Source: an uncultured delta proteobacterium
Lineage (GTDB): Bacteria > Myxococcota_A > Polyangia > Polyangiales > Polyangiaceae
Direction: 5' to 3'
NCBI GenBank assembly: GCA_963716725.1
Contig: CAVQUB010000021.1
Span: 288,001 to 352,000, forward strand
Length of the DNA: 64,000 bases
Position 1 is the stretch's first letter; every line of letters begins with the position of its first letter. Under the pieces are notes generated by a model. That model made no database searches, was not told the origin of the DNA, and saw only the letters and a program-made list of their open reading frames with translations. The translations under genes were made by a program, and so were the position numbers. Shown here piece after piece: positions 49,165 through 58,976 of the stretch.

Positions 49165-50587
49165 CGGCGACGCGGAGAGCGATCGGCCTTTCGCGGGAGA
49201 AATCCCCGGGGTCTCGACCGATCAGATGCGCTTGCACGCTGGGCGCGAAGAACAACGCGATCACGCCGCAGAGGTCGGCTGCGCCGGCCTCCGTCAGTCG
49301 CAGCGATCGCTCGCTGTACTGCATCAGGCCGCGCTTGGTGACGAAGTCGATCTCCCGCGGGAACGCTTGGGCGAGATCGACGCCGAACTTCCGAGTGAAT
49401 GCGCCGCAGTCGATTTCACCGAAGTAGAAGCTCACGGCGCACATCTTGGCCATCGCGTGCTCCAGCGGGAGGTCGTAGAGATCTTGCAGCGGCAGGCGCC
49501 CGGCGGCGACGCTCCTCGAGTACGGAGCCAGGTTCTTGCCCACCGCGCCGTCGTTGTACGACAGGGTCCGGTCCGAGCAGGTCTGCGCACCGAGGCCGAA
49601 GCCAAGGTAGGGCATGCCGTCGCGCACTCGACGGGTGAGGTAGCTGGAAGTGCCAGGGTCCCCCGGGATGCGGCTCAGCGTGGTCTTGCCCAGGGTCGCT
49701 TGGTAGCCCGCGCTCGTCAGCGTCGCTTTGGCGAGGGCCGCCAGCGCTGACACCTGGTCTCGCGTCACGCGCGACGCTTGGTGAGAGATGCGCGTGAGCT
49801 TGTAGCGCATCCGGTAGAGCGTGATGGCGTCGGGTCCGAGGGCGATGGCGTGTTCGAGTGTGGCGAGCCAACTGTCGAGGCTCTGATCTGCGAACCCGTA
49901 GATCAGATCGAGGTTGAAGCGCCCGAACCCCGCGGCATGAATATGCTCCGCGGCGCGCAGTTGCACCTCGGCGCCGTCGCGCTCGCGGCCGAGGGCGCCG
50001 AGCAGCGCGGTCTCGGCCACCTGGACTCCCATGCTGATGCGATCGACGCCGAGGCGCGGCAAACCTGCGATCTTCTCGGGCTCGCGCGCTGCAATGGCAG
50101 GCGTGGTCTCGATGCTCACGCTCGTGCCGGCGACAAGCCGAACCCTCGAGGTCACGGCCTCGACGATCCGCGCAATGTCGTCGAGCGGGAGCCAGGTGGG
50201 CGTCCCGCCGCCGATGTCGAAGCCGTGGGCCCGCCGCACGCCGAGACCGATGGCAGCGTCCCAGAGGCCGATCTCCGCCAGCAGCGCGTCCACGTACTCG
50301 GCTGCCCTCGCCGTCTCTTGGCGCCGGACCACCGTGTACTCGCAGAACGCACAGCGTGTGTCGCAGAACGGGACGTGCACGTACACGCAGAAATCCGCGG
50401 CGTCGGCGAAGGCTGTCTGGACCAGGCGGCGGTGGTCGCTTTCACGCGCGCGATAGGGCGCGACCGTGGTCTGGTGCGCGATGGGGTAGGCGGTGTTCGA
50501 GATGTGATGATTGGCGAGCCCCGCCGCGAACACGACTTCGGGGGAAAAGCGCTGCCGATCGTTGGGGGCCGCCGCGGCCCAGATCAC
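49142..50587 (-). CDS. HemN/HemW-like (class C type) radical SAM protein
   Basis: YVHVPFCDTRCAFC, GGGTPT, RISMGVQ, NLDLIYG, YLGFGLGA. Confidence 0.88.
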   Translation of the reverse strand: MIWAAAAPNDRQRFSPEVVFAAGLANHHISNTAYPIAHQTTVAPYRARESDHRRLVQTAFADAADFCVYVHVPFCDTRCAFCEYTVVRRQETARAAEYVDALLAEIGLWDAAIGLGVRRAHGFDIGGGTPTWLPLDDIARIVEAVTSRVRLVAGTSVSIETTPAIAAREPEKIAGLPRLGVDRISMGVQVAETALLGALGRERDGAEVQLRAAEHIHAAGFGRFNLDLIYGFADQSLDSWLATLEHAIALGPDAITLYRMRYKLTRISHQASRVTRDQVSALAALAKATLTSAGYQATLGKTTLSRIPGDPGTSSYLTRRVRDGMPYLGFGLGAQTCSDRTLSYNDGAVGKNLAPYSRSVAAGRLPLQDLYDLPLEHAMAKMCAVSFYFGEIDCGAFTRKFGVDLAQAFPREIDFVTKRGLMQYSERSLRLTEAGAADLCGVIALFFAPSVQAHLIGRDPGDFSRERPIALRVAGGGIDGV

Positions 50588-52209
50588 TCGACTCCTCGCT
50601 CCAGCGCCATCGAGCGAAGGCCACCGGACAGGTAGGCAGCGTCACGACCGTGTTGCTCGGCGATGCACGCCGCGAGGTAGCCTCCGCGCCCGGCATCGTC
50701 GACGAAGACGATGCCTTTGTCGACGGGCAGCTCGTGGAGTCGCGCACGCAGCGCAGCGAGCGGGATGGCGGTGGCGCCCGTGAGCGGTGGGCCCCCCCTG
50801 CGCCGAACGTCCACGACCACGACCTCGCCTCGAGCGCGAGCCAGCTCGCTCGGCGCAATCGACCTGATGCCACGCGCCCGGCCCGAAAAGGCCACCGTCG
50901 CGGCGACGTTCACCGGATCGCGGGCCGCAGAGAACGGCGGCGCGTAGGCCAGATCGATATCGGCGAGATCGAAGACCGACAGCCGGCCGAGCAGCGCCGT
51001 GGCCAGGACGTCCACGCGTTTGTCCACTCCTCGGGTGCCCGCGACGTCCGCTCCCAGAAGCCGACCGGTCTTGTCATCGTGCCGAAGCTCGATGCTGATG
51101 GGCGACGAGCCCGGAAACCAGTCGTCATGGCTCTGAGCGTGGACGCGAGTCATCGCGACGCTCTTGGTCACGGCATCGTGGGGCAGGCCGGTGCGGCCGC
51201 AGGCGATGTCACCCGCTCGCACGATGGCGGTCCCGAGCACTGGCGCCATCTTCAGCTTGTCCCCTGCAGCGTTGGCGCCGGCGATCTGCGCGGTCTTGTC
51301 GGCGATGGACGCCTGGGCGATGGCCGCGCGCTTGCCGGTCACGGCGTGCTCGATCCCCGCGCAAACGCCGCAGGCGTACACGCCCGCCAAGCTGGTCCGC
51401 ATGCGTGCATCGACCGCCACACTCCCGTCACTGAGCAGCTTGGCACCCGCGATCTTCAAGAGATCGGTGCGAGGCGTCACCCCCACCGCTACGATCACGA
51501 AATCGACGGCGATGCGCTCGCCGCTCCCGAGCACGAGGGCGCTGACCTCGTCTCCGCTGAACTGCGGCCGAGCGAGCTTCGCGCCCGTCACGATACGAGC
51601 GCCCATCGCGGAGAGTGACTCCGTCGCCAGGGTCGACACGAAGGGGGCAAAATCCCCGAGGATGCGCGAGCTGGACTCGACGACCACGACCTCGGCTTGC
51701 CGACGGAGCAGTCCATCTGCGGCCTCGACGCCGAAGAACCCACCACCGAGGATAGCCACCCGCTTCTTGCCGGCATCCAGGCGTTCGACGATGGCCGTGA
51801 TGTCGCTCAGGGTGCGGAAGCGAAAGACGTTGTTCGCCACGGCCAGCGGCTCGGGCACTCGGGATTCGGCGCCGAGGGCGAACACCAGCGAGTCGTATCC
51901 GAGGGGGGCGCCTCCAACCTCGAGCACGCGTCGCTTGGCGTCGATTGCCGTCACCTCGGTCCCGAGGCGCACGTCGATTCGGTAGACGTCACGAAACATC
52001 TCGGGAGTCTCGCGGCTCAGCGCCGAGAGCGCCGTCACCTCGCCTGACAGGTGGTAGGCCAGCCCCGCCGCAGCCGTGCTGATCTCGTCGGCGCGCTCGA
52101 GAAGCACGATGTTGGCGTGTTCGTCGGTTTCACGGGCACGCGCCGCGGCGGTCGGCCCCGACTGCGCTCCGCCCAAGATCACGATGGTGCGTTGCTTCTT
52201 GTTGGCCAA
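50584..52209 (-). CDS. CoA-disulfide reductase/rhodanese-like flavoprotein lacking the catalytic cysteines
   Basis: TTG start after GAGGGAGG; AAARAR, GGGFFGVE, VDKRVDV, DLAYAPPFS..RDPVN, C-terminal DVR...LSGG rhodanese. Confidence 0.85.
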   Translation of the reverse strand: MANKKQRTIVILGGAQSGPTAAARARETDEHANIVLLERADEISTAAAGLAYHLSGEVTALSALSRETPEMFRDVYRIDVRLGTEVTAIDAKRRVLEVGGAPLGYDSLVFALGAESRVPEPLAVANNVFRFRTLSDITAIVERLDAGKKRVAILGGGFFGVEAADGLLRRQAEVVVVESSSRILGDFAPFVSTLATESLSAMGARIVTGAKLARPQFSGDEVSALVLGSGERIAVDFVIVAVGVTPRTDLLKIAGAKLLSDGSVAVDARMRTSLAGVYACGVCAGIEHAVTGKRAAIAQASIADKTAQIAGANAAGDKLKMAPVLGTAIVRAGDIACGRTGLPHDAVTKSVAMTRVHAQSHDDWFPGSSPISIELRHDDKTGRLLGADVAGTRGVDKRVDVLATALLGRLSVFDLADIDLAYAPPFSAARDPVNVAATVAFSGRARGIRSIAPSELARARGEVVVVDVRRRGGPPLTGATAIPLAALRARLHELPVDKGIVFVDDAGRGGYLAACIAEQHGRDAAYLSGGLRSMALERGVE

Positions 52210-52349
52210 TGGCTCGCCTCCCTCTTCGAAGCTCGATAGACACCGCTTGCGCGCCGCCGGCAACCCACGCCCTGATCCGCAGGGGTTTCTGGCTCCGGGA
52301 GGGCAACCTCGGGGCTTTCCAGGGAGACCGGAACGTAGTTGGATGAGCC

Positions 52350-52652
52350 GTGCAGTCCGTCCCACTCTGCGTCTGCTTTTCCAAGCCGGGGTTCTTTCTG
52401 AACGACCCGCGGCTCACCGTGCGCTTCGACGGGCACGTCATCTACGAGGGCAGCTTCCTCTCGGGTTTCGAGACCACGTTCCCGGTGGCGCCGGGCACGC
52501 ACTCTCTGGCAGTCAAGCTGACGACCTCGCTCTTCAGCCGGGAAAAGCAGTATTCGATCGCCATCGAGGCCGTGAGCGGCTACCGCGCCCAGCTCGAGTA
52601 CAGTCGCCTCTGGGGCAATTTCAAGAGCGCGCCCCGGCTCACGCGCTGCTGA
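52350..52652 (+). CDS. Hypothetical protein
   Basis: 100-aa beta-rich ORF filling the gap. Confidence 0.55.
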   Translation: MQSVPLCVCFSKPGFFLNDPRLTVRFDGHVIYEGSFLSGFETTFPVAPGTHSLAVKLTTSLFSREKQYSIAIEAVSGYRAQLEYSRLWGNFKSAPRLTRC

Positions 52653-52660
52653 GCCGCGGG

Positions 52661-53902
52661 TCAGCCTTGGCCGGCGGTTCCGGGTCCTTTGTCGAGCCCG
52701 AAGCCGTCGTGGAGAGCGCGCACCGCCAGCTCCGTGTACTTCGAGTGGATCAGGCAGCTGACCTTGATCTCACTGGTGCTGATGGCCTGGATGTTGATGC
52801 CTTCGGCGGCCAAGAGCCGGAACATCGCAGACGCGATGCCGGCGTGGGAGCGCATGCCGAGCCCGACGATGCTCACCTTGACGATGTCCGGATCGTACTC
52901 GACGGCGGCGCCTCCGAGCTGCCGCGCTTCGGCCTCGATCAAGTCCTTGCAGCGCGTCAGATCCGTCTTGGCGACCGTGAACGTCACGTCAGTCGTGGTC
53001 CCACCTTCGCGAGAGGGGCTCTGGATGATCATGTCGACGGACACGTTGCGGTCGGCGAGCGAGCCGAAAATCGCGGCCACGATGCCAGGGCGATCTGGCA
53101 CATTGATGAGCTGCACCTTGGCTTCGCCTTTGTCGTAAGCGACGCCGGCGACGACGACGGACTCGAGGCCTTCTTCGTTGGTGACCATGGTTCCCAGGTT
53201 GTCGTTGAAGGAGGACCGGACGTGGATCGGGACTCCGTACTTCATAGCCAGCTCGACGGAGCGGATCTGGAGCACCTTTGCACCCAGGGACGCCAGCTCG
53301 AGCATCTCTTCATAGCTGATGCGATCGATCTTGCGGGCTGAAGGGCAGACGTTGGGGTCGGTGGTGTAGACGCCGTCCACGTCCGTGAAGATCTCGCAGA
53401 CGTCCGCCTTGACCGCCGCCGCTACGGCCACCGCCGAGGTGTCCGAGCCACCGCGTCCGAGGGTGGTGATGTTGCCATCGGGATCCACGCCTTGAAAACC
53501 GGCCACCACCGCGATCTCGCCCCGGTCGAGGGTGCTCCGGACCTTGCTGCCTTCGATGGTGTTGATGCGCGCCTTGGTGAAGGCGGCGTCGGTCTGGATG
53601 TTGACCTGATGGCCGAGCAGGCTGCGGGCCTTGCCGCCGAGCGCCTGCACGGTCATCGCCACCAGCGCCGCGCTCACCTGCTCGCCGGTCGCCGCCAGCA
53701 CGTCCATCTCGCGCATCTCGGGCGTGGCGCTGATCTGATGCGCCATGCCGAGCAGGCGGTTGGTCTCTCCGCTCATGGCGCTGACGATCAGCACCACGTC
53801 GTTGCCGGCGCGCTGACAGCGCAGCGCGCGCTCGGCGACGACCTTCATTCGGTCCAGGCTACCCACGGAGGTGCCACCGTATTTCTGGACGACGAGGGCC
53901 AC
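52661..53902 (-). CDS. lysC: Aspartate kinase
   Basis: VQKYGGTSV, TLGRGGSDTSA, TDVDGVY, two ACT domains, STSEIK. Confidence 0.96.
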   Translation of the reverse strand: MALVVQKYGGTSVGSLDRMKVVAERALRCQRAGNDVVLIVSAMSGETNRLLGMAHQISATPEMREMDVLAATGEQVSAALVAMTVQALGGKARSLLGHQVNIQTDAAFTKARINTIEGSKVRSTLDRGEIAVVAGFQGVDPDGNITTLGRGGSDTSAVAVAAAVKADVCEIFTDVDGVYTTDPNVCPSARKIDRISYEEMLELASLGAKVLQIRSVELAMKYGVPIHVRSSFNDNLGTMVTNEEGLESVVVAGVAYDKGEAKVQLINVPDRPGIVAAIFGSLADRNVSVDMIIQSPSREGGTTTDVTFTVAKTDLTRCKDLIEAEARQLGGAAVEYDPDIVKVSIVGLGMRSHAGIASAMFRLLAAEGINIQAISTSEIKVSCLIHSKYTELAVRALHDGFGLDKGPGTAGQG

Positions 53903-53948
53903 AGCGGCTCAGCGCATAGCCAATGCGCCGCGTCGCGTCAACGCGGGC

Positions 53949-54524
53949 TCAGCCCGGTTCGGAGCTACCCGATGCCTCCAGCTCGGCTTTGGTGTCGATG
54001 TCCTCGACCACGCCGGGATCGTCCACCGCGACGTCCCTGAGCCGACCTCGCAAGAGTTCGCGAATCGACGCCTCGACCGGCGCGGCGGCGAGCTCTCGTG
54101 CCAGCTCGGCGCTGAGCAGAACGGGGTGTCCGCCTCGGCCTTGGTAGACCGGGCGCAGCGCGTCTGTGTCGAGGGCTGCGATCAGGCGTTTCACGGTGTC
54201 GGGGCGGACTCTTGGGTGATCGACCAAAGAGAACAGCACCGCCTCGACGCGCGGCTGGCTCAGCGCGAAGGTCAGCCCGACCTGGAGCGAGCTCAGCATG
54301 CCGCGGTCGGGGTCGGGGTTGTGAACGACCGGCACGTTCCCGAGAGAGGCCGCGATTTCAGCGGCGTGCGGAGGACCGACCACCACGCACAAGGCCTGGC
54401 AGCCGCCCTCACGCAACGCCCGCGTGGCTCGCGCCGCGAAGGTCTCGCCGTCGAGCTGGGCCAGCGCCTTCGGAGGACCGAAGCGCGACGAGCGTCCGGC
54501 GGCGAGGACGATGCCGACGATCAC
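53949..54524 (-). CDS. MocA/MobA-like nucleotidyltransferase
   Basis: LAAGRSSRFG..K, GMLSS, LVDHP, GHPV, DIDT. Confidence 0.85.
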   Translation of the reverse strand: MIVGIVLAAGRSSRFGPPKALAQLDGETFAARATRALREGGCQALCVVVGPPHAAEIAASLGNVPVVHNPDPDRGMLSSLQVGLTFALSQPRVEAVLFSLVDHPRVRPDTVKRLIAALDTDALRPVYQGRGGHPVLLSAELARELAAAPVEASIRELLRGRLRDVAVDDPGVVEDIDTKAELEASGSSEPG

Positions 54525-54527
54525 CGC

Positions 54528-54935
54528 TCAGCTCGCGAGCCGAGCGAGATCGCTGAGGCGCCCGTAGCCGTGGCGATACGCCGGTGGGACGGGCGGCAGC
54601 CGTTTGGCGTAGGCCGAGAAGAGCAGCTTCGAGAACGGCGACATCGCGCCAAGCTCCAGCCCAAGGCCACGTCGCGTCTCGCCTGGGCGTCGGCCGTGGA
54701 CGATGCGCGCCACGGTGGCTTCGACGTCGATGTAGTCGCGAATGCCGGGCAGCTGGAAGGAGACGATGACGGGTTCCCCCGTCAACACGACGTCGGCGGG
54801 GCCGACCAAGAGCCCGTCCGGAGAGACGTTCTCGATCAGGTCGGCGACCAGGGTGAAGTCGCGCAGCCGCACGACCTGACAGGGGATCTTGGCGGTGCGC
54901 CGCACCGTCCGCGGTGAAAAGTCGAGGCTTTGCAT
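54528..54935 (-). CDS. PilZ-domain protein
   Basis: RTVRR, NVSPDG, GLGLE. Confidence 0.7.
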   Translation of the reverse strand: MQSLDFSPRTVRRTAKIPCQVVRLRDFTLVADLIENVSPDGLLVGPADVVLTGEPVIVSFQLPGIRDYIDVEATVARIVHGRRPGETRRGLGLELGAMSPFSKLLFSAYAKRLPPVPPAYRHGYGRLSDLARLAS

Positions 54936-55023
54936 GCGGTGGAGATCGTAGCGGCAGCCCTTGACCGAGGGCCAAGTCTCCGGGGCTCCGCGTGCGCTCG
55001 GCGCATGGCGCGAAGCGCCGCGC

Positions 55024-55215
55024 TCAGATCGGGCAGCTCATGTCGGCGCCGCAGCACAGCGGCGACTTGATCTTGCCGTGATCGTTGGGGCACTTCGAGA
55101 CAGCGACCTTGCCGCCGTCGGCCTTGATGATCGAGTCGTGGACCAGCTCGGCATTGCACTTGGCACAGGTCATGTTCACGCTCATGCCGCACTTTTCGCA
55201 GGTATAGGTCGCCAT
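55024..55215 (-). CDS. Small Cys-rich metal-binding protein
   Basis: CEKC, CAKC, CPNDH, CCG..M.C in 63 aa; TAGGAT 7 nt before ATG. Confidence 0.75.
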   Translation of the reverse strand: MATYTCEKCGMSVNMTCAKCNAELVHDSIIKADGGKVAVSKCPNDHGKIKSPLCCGADMSCPI

Positions 55216-55426
55216 GGCGCGCATCCTACACGGCTGCGCTGGGTATTCCAGCCCGACGAGATCGCGGCCGGATCATGGCCTGGCCTCGGCTGCGCACGAG
55301 CGACAGTCGGGTGTGTCTAGCTTACGTCGAAGACCCTGGTCAGCCAGCCCGGAGACTTCAGCGGGACGCATGCGCACGATGCGAGCCGCGCAGCACGCGT
55401 CAGGAAGCGATGCGGCGGACGGCCGC

Positions 55427-55891
55427 CTACTTCGCGTCGTAGACCCGGGTCCACCAGCCCTTTGATTCGACTTCGTAGCGGAGGAACACGATCTTTTGCC
55501 CGATGTCGGTGTCCACCAAGGCCACGCGATAGGGCAAGGGGTCGTCGCCCACCCGCACTTCGCGTTCGGTGGATACGCGATGGGTCGTCACGTGTCCGCG
55601 GGCGAAGCCCATCAGGGGGAACATCTTCGCGAGGACCTCGGCGGTCGACGCGGTGGACGGTAGGTCGATGTTGGGCGAGCGTCCGTTGGTCCACAGGTGT
55701 GGGTCGAGCGTCTTGACCTTGCGGCTGATGGCGTCGTCCTGCCCGGCGAGGTCGGCGTCCGCGGTGGCGGTCGCGCCCGGCGCCTCGCTCGGAGCGGCCG
55801 CGGGTGAACTGGCGTTCGCGGGCGGGGCCGGGCGGCTGGGCACCGAGTTGTTGCAGGCGACGAGTGCGAAAGACAGCCACCAAGCTCGCAT
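55427..55891 (-). CDS. Hypothetical lipoprotein
   Basis: LVAC lipobox, Pro/Ala linker. Confidence 0.65.
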   Translation of the reverse strand: MRAWWLSFALVACNNSVPSRPAPPANASSPAAAPSEAPGATATADADLAGQDDAISRKVKTLDPHLWTNGRSPNIDLPSTASTAEVLAKMFPLMGFARGHVTTHRVSTEREVRVGDDPLPYRVALVDTDIGQKIVFLRYEVESKGWWTRVYDAK

Positions 55892-55978
55892 GCGAGGGAT
55901 CTTGGCACGCGAGCAGCGCCGTTGGAAGACAGCAGGGCTGGCTGGCAGTCTCGAGTGGATTCGGCCGACGCCGAAGCG

Positions 55979-56810
55979 CTAGTCAGCGCAGCATCGGAAG
56001 CTCACCGCGTCCACCTTGTACGATCGGGGCCACTCGAGCTCACGACCCATGGCGCAACGCGTGCCGTGAGCGTGGTGCTGGAAGCTACCCCCGCGGATGC
56101 GACAAGCGTCGTCCGGGCCGTCGCCCTTGCAGCTGTTGTCCCACTCGGCGGCGTGGCCGCTGAGATCGAACACCTTCGCGTAGGCCGCCACCGGCGAATG
56201 ACACTCGGCAAAGCTGCCGACATCCGCCAGGCCCCAGGTGGTGTAGTCGTCGGCGTCGGCGTCGCGGCAGAGGTTCGTGTCGAAGGTATTGCCGTAGGTG
56301 TACTCGAACTGCCCGCCGGAACTGCAGGCGGCCTGCCACTCGCTGACCTTCGGATCGTCGTAGCTCTCGAAGGCATAGCTGCCGCCGCCTTGCGCGTTGC
56401 CGCACAGCCGCTTGCCCGCAGCCTTGCAGAAAGCCTGGGCGTCGCACCAATCGACGCAGACGACGGGTTGCTCCGAATTCGAACCCGGCTCCCAGGCGCA
56501 GGTCGGGGTGAAGTCGGCGTTGCTCGCGCAGCCGCCGGGCTGCCCCGCCGTCGCAGGGCTCGCTTTCAGCCAAGCCTCGTACTGTCCGCGAGTGACCTCG
56601 GTCTTGTCGATGCAGAAGCCCTCGGGCAATCGCACCATGTCAGGCCCGAGCCCCGAGGCTGCGGCGCCCGGTGGGCAAGCTGCCTTCCCCCGGCGTGGGC
56701 AGCGGGAGCGGGGTCTCTTGGCGGATCTCCGTCGGCGGATGCAGGCGCCTGGCGACCAGAATCGCAGCGAGCGCGCCCACGATGGCGACGGCAACGGTCA
56801 GGCGCTTCAC
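55979..56810 (-). CDS. FGE-sulfatase domain protein with a frameshift at ~56677
   Basis: FCIDKTEVT, PVVCVDWCDA, GKRLC, DLSGHAAEW, FRCC; hydrophobic N-terminus lies in another frame starting at the GTG that overlaps the upstream TGA. Confidence 0.8.
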
Positions 56811-58396
56811 CAGAACACCGGGGAGGAGTTGCGATAGGGCGCGTCATCGGCCATCGGGAACTTCATCGGGATGTCCTCGGAGGGAATGGCGCCTTCGCTC
56901 TTGTTCAGGATGTTGCCGTGGGCCACGCCGGCGACGTTTCGGAGTTTGTAGTGCTCCTTCTTGGTGCGGTTGATGCGGTTGTTCTCCAACCGGGTACAGG
57001 CCAGCTGGTAGGCCAAGATCAAGCCGTTGTTCAGCGTGTTGTTCGACACGAAGTAACGCATGTTGTGGGCCATGTGAATGCCGGCGTCGTACAGCGTGTT
57101 GCCGGCGATGTAGTTGCCGACCTTGTTGGTGCGGGTGGGGCTTTGGTCCTTCGAGCTGACGTAGCCCAAGATGCCCCAGTACCCGTTCACGGTCGGCATC
57201 GACATGCGGATCTTGTTGTTGATGATGACGTTGTCGGTCTCTTTCCAGATGATGATCGGCCCGTCCACCTGCTTGGGCAGGAGACAGGGCAGCGCGGGGT
57301 CGAACTGCCCCTGGTCGTTCACGCCGCACTGGATCAGGGTGTTCTCCTCCAGCCACACGTTGCGACCAGATGAGGTCACGAAGTCCCCGCCTGCGTTGTC
57401 GTGGAAGTCGTTCTGGTAGATCCACACGTCTTTGTCGCTGCGCCCCGCGCCTTCGATGTCGATGCCGAACTCGGGCGACGTGCCCCCGATGTCGTGGATC
57501 TTGTTCTTCTCGATCACGATATTGTGCCCACCCACGATCGAGACGCCTTGCCGGCGGTTGTGGAAGATCTCGTTGTTACGGATGGTGACGTTGGTGGTGG
57601 CCTTCTCCGCCGTCGTGCCGTTGGCCTTGACTCCCAAGATCAGCACGCCGTCGCCGGTCACCTCGTGCAGCTTCATATTCTCGATCAACACGCGATCGAC
57701 CCCGGTCCACACGCAGATGGCGTGACCCTCGTCGTGGGCGTCGGGCGGGCTGCCGTAGTCGTGTTTGTCGCGATCGCCAATCACTTCTCCGCCGCGGATC
57801 GTGACGTTGCTGTGATCGTTCACGTTGATGACGCAGTAGTTCCAGCGGTCGGTCGGCGCCATCTTGATCACGGTGCCCTGGGAGAGCTCTAGCGTCATGT
57901 CCCCCTGCAGGTCGATGCCACCGGCGTAGGCGTCGTTGGTGGCCTCCCCCACCAGGTAGGTGCCCGGTGGGATCACGATCTTGTCGTAGCCCTTGTCCTT
58001 CGCCCACTTGATGGCGTCGTTCAGCTTCGTGCGCGTCTCGACCGGATCGGTGCCGGTGTTGGAGATTTGCCACTGCTTCAGATCGATCACGTGCTCTTTG
58101 GTGTGAACCGTCGGCAGCGCCGCGGTGGGGCGCTCGCCTGGAGTCCAGGCACACTCAGCGCTGCCCGGGACGGGCACCACCGTGCTGCCGTCGCTCTGGG
58201 CCGCATCGGTGGGTGTGGCGCTATCGCCGGTGATGCCACCGGACCCACTGGCGCCGCCGTCCTTGGGCTTGCTCTGGGCGTCCGAGGACTCGCTGCAGCC
58301 CGCGCCGCCCACCAAAGCTGCCAGCAGCAGACCTGCGAGGCCCAGAACCCACCCGCGCTTGGGGCTGACTCGGCGTATCGCTCTCACTGAACGCAT
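56807..58396 (-). CDS. Right-handed parallel beta-helix (pectate lyase-like) lipoprotein
   Basis: GAGC lipobox; IPPGTY, GDGV, NRRQG.SI, GIDIE. Confidence 0.82.
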   Translation of the reverse strand: MRSVRAIRRVSPKRGWVLGLAGLLLAALVGGAGCSESSDAQSKPKDGGASGSGGITGDSATPTDAAQSDGSTVVPVPGSAECAWTPGERPTAALPTVHTKEHVIDLKQWQISNTGTDPVETRTKLNDAIKWAKDKGYDKIVIPPGTYLVGEATNDAYAGGIDLQGDMTLELSQGTVIKMAPTDRWNYCVINVNDHSNVTIRGGEVIGDRDKHDYGSPPDAHDEGHAICVWTGVDRVLIENMKLHEVTGDGVLILGVKANGTTAEKATTNVTIRNNEIFHNRRQGVSIVGGHNIVIEKNKIHDIGGTSPEFGIDIEGAGRSDKDVWIYQNDFHDNAGGDFVTSSGRNVWLEENTLIQCGVNDQGQFDPALPCLLPKQVDGPIIIWKETDNVIINNKIRMSMPTVNGYWGILGYVSSKDQSPTRTNKVGNYIAGNTLYDAGIHMAHNMRYFVSNNTLNNGLILAYQLACTRLENNRINRTKKEHYKLRNVAGVAHGNILNKSEGAIPSEDIPMKFPMADDAPYRNSSPVFW

Positions 58397-58493
58397 CAGG
58401 CCAGCTTGGCAGGCCCCGTCGGCGCGCGTCAAATCCAGGGAGAAGGCGCACAGCTGAACGAAGGAAGGCCGCTCGCCCGGAGACCCCCGTGTT

Positions 58494-58976
58494 ATGAAGC
58501 CCTCAGTGACCGAACCGGGCTTCTGGATGCGCATCGCGACGGATGGCATCGCGGCCTCGAGCGAGGCGGTATTCCCGGAGAACGACCTCGGCGCCCCGGA
58601 TTGGAAATCCACCGAGATGGTGGCCCGCACCCTCGAGTACCTCGACGAGCTGCCGCCAAGACCGCGACGGCTGCTGGTGCTGTTGTTCGTCTTCGTCGAG
58701 CTCGCGGCCGTGGTTCTGCTGCTGCGATTCACCCGATTTTCACGCCTGCCGGTGGTGCGCCGCACGCGCGCTATCCGCGCTTGGCGCCGCTCGCCCTTGC
58801 TCGTGGTGCGCGTGCTCGGCGACTCGCTCAAGGCGACCACCACCATGATGTTCATGTCGCATCCGCTCGTGATCGAGCACCTAGGTGAGTACCGCGCGAA
58901 CGAACGCCCCCTCGACCGCGTGAAGATCACGGCGCGCCCCGAGGCGCTCTCATCTCCGAGAGACGAGGCACCGTGA
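58494..58976 (+). CDS. Hypothetical small partner of the GMC oxidoreductase
   Basis: GTGA overlap with the GMC gene; helical, ends in a LG.Y motif. Confidence 0.6.
   Translation: MKPSVTEPGFWMRIATDGIAASSEAVFPENDLGAPDWKSTEMVARTLEYLDELPPRPRRLLVLLFVFVELAAVVLLLRFTRFSRLPVVRRTRAIRAWRRSPLLVVRVLGDSLKATTTMMFMSHPLVIEHLGEYRANERPLDRVKITARPEALSSPRDEAP

Noticed and set aside
53903..53948. Lysine riboswitch upstream of lysC
   Set aside because: The intergenic space is only ~46 bp.
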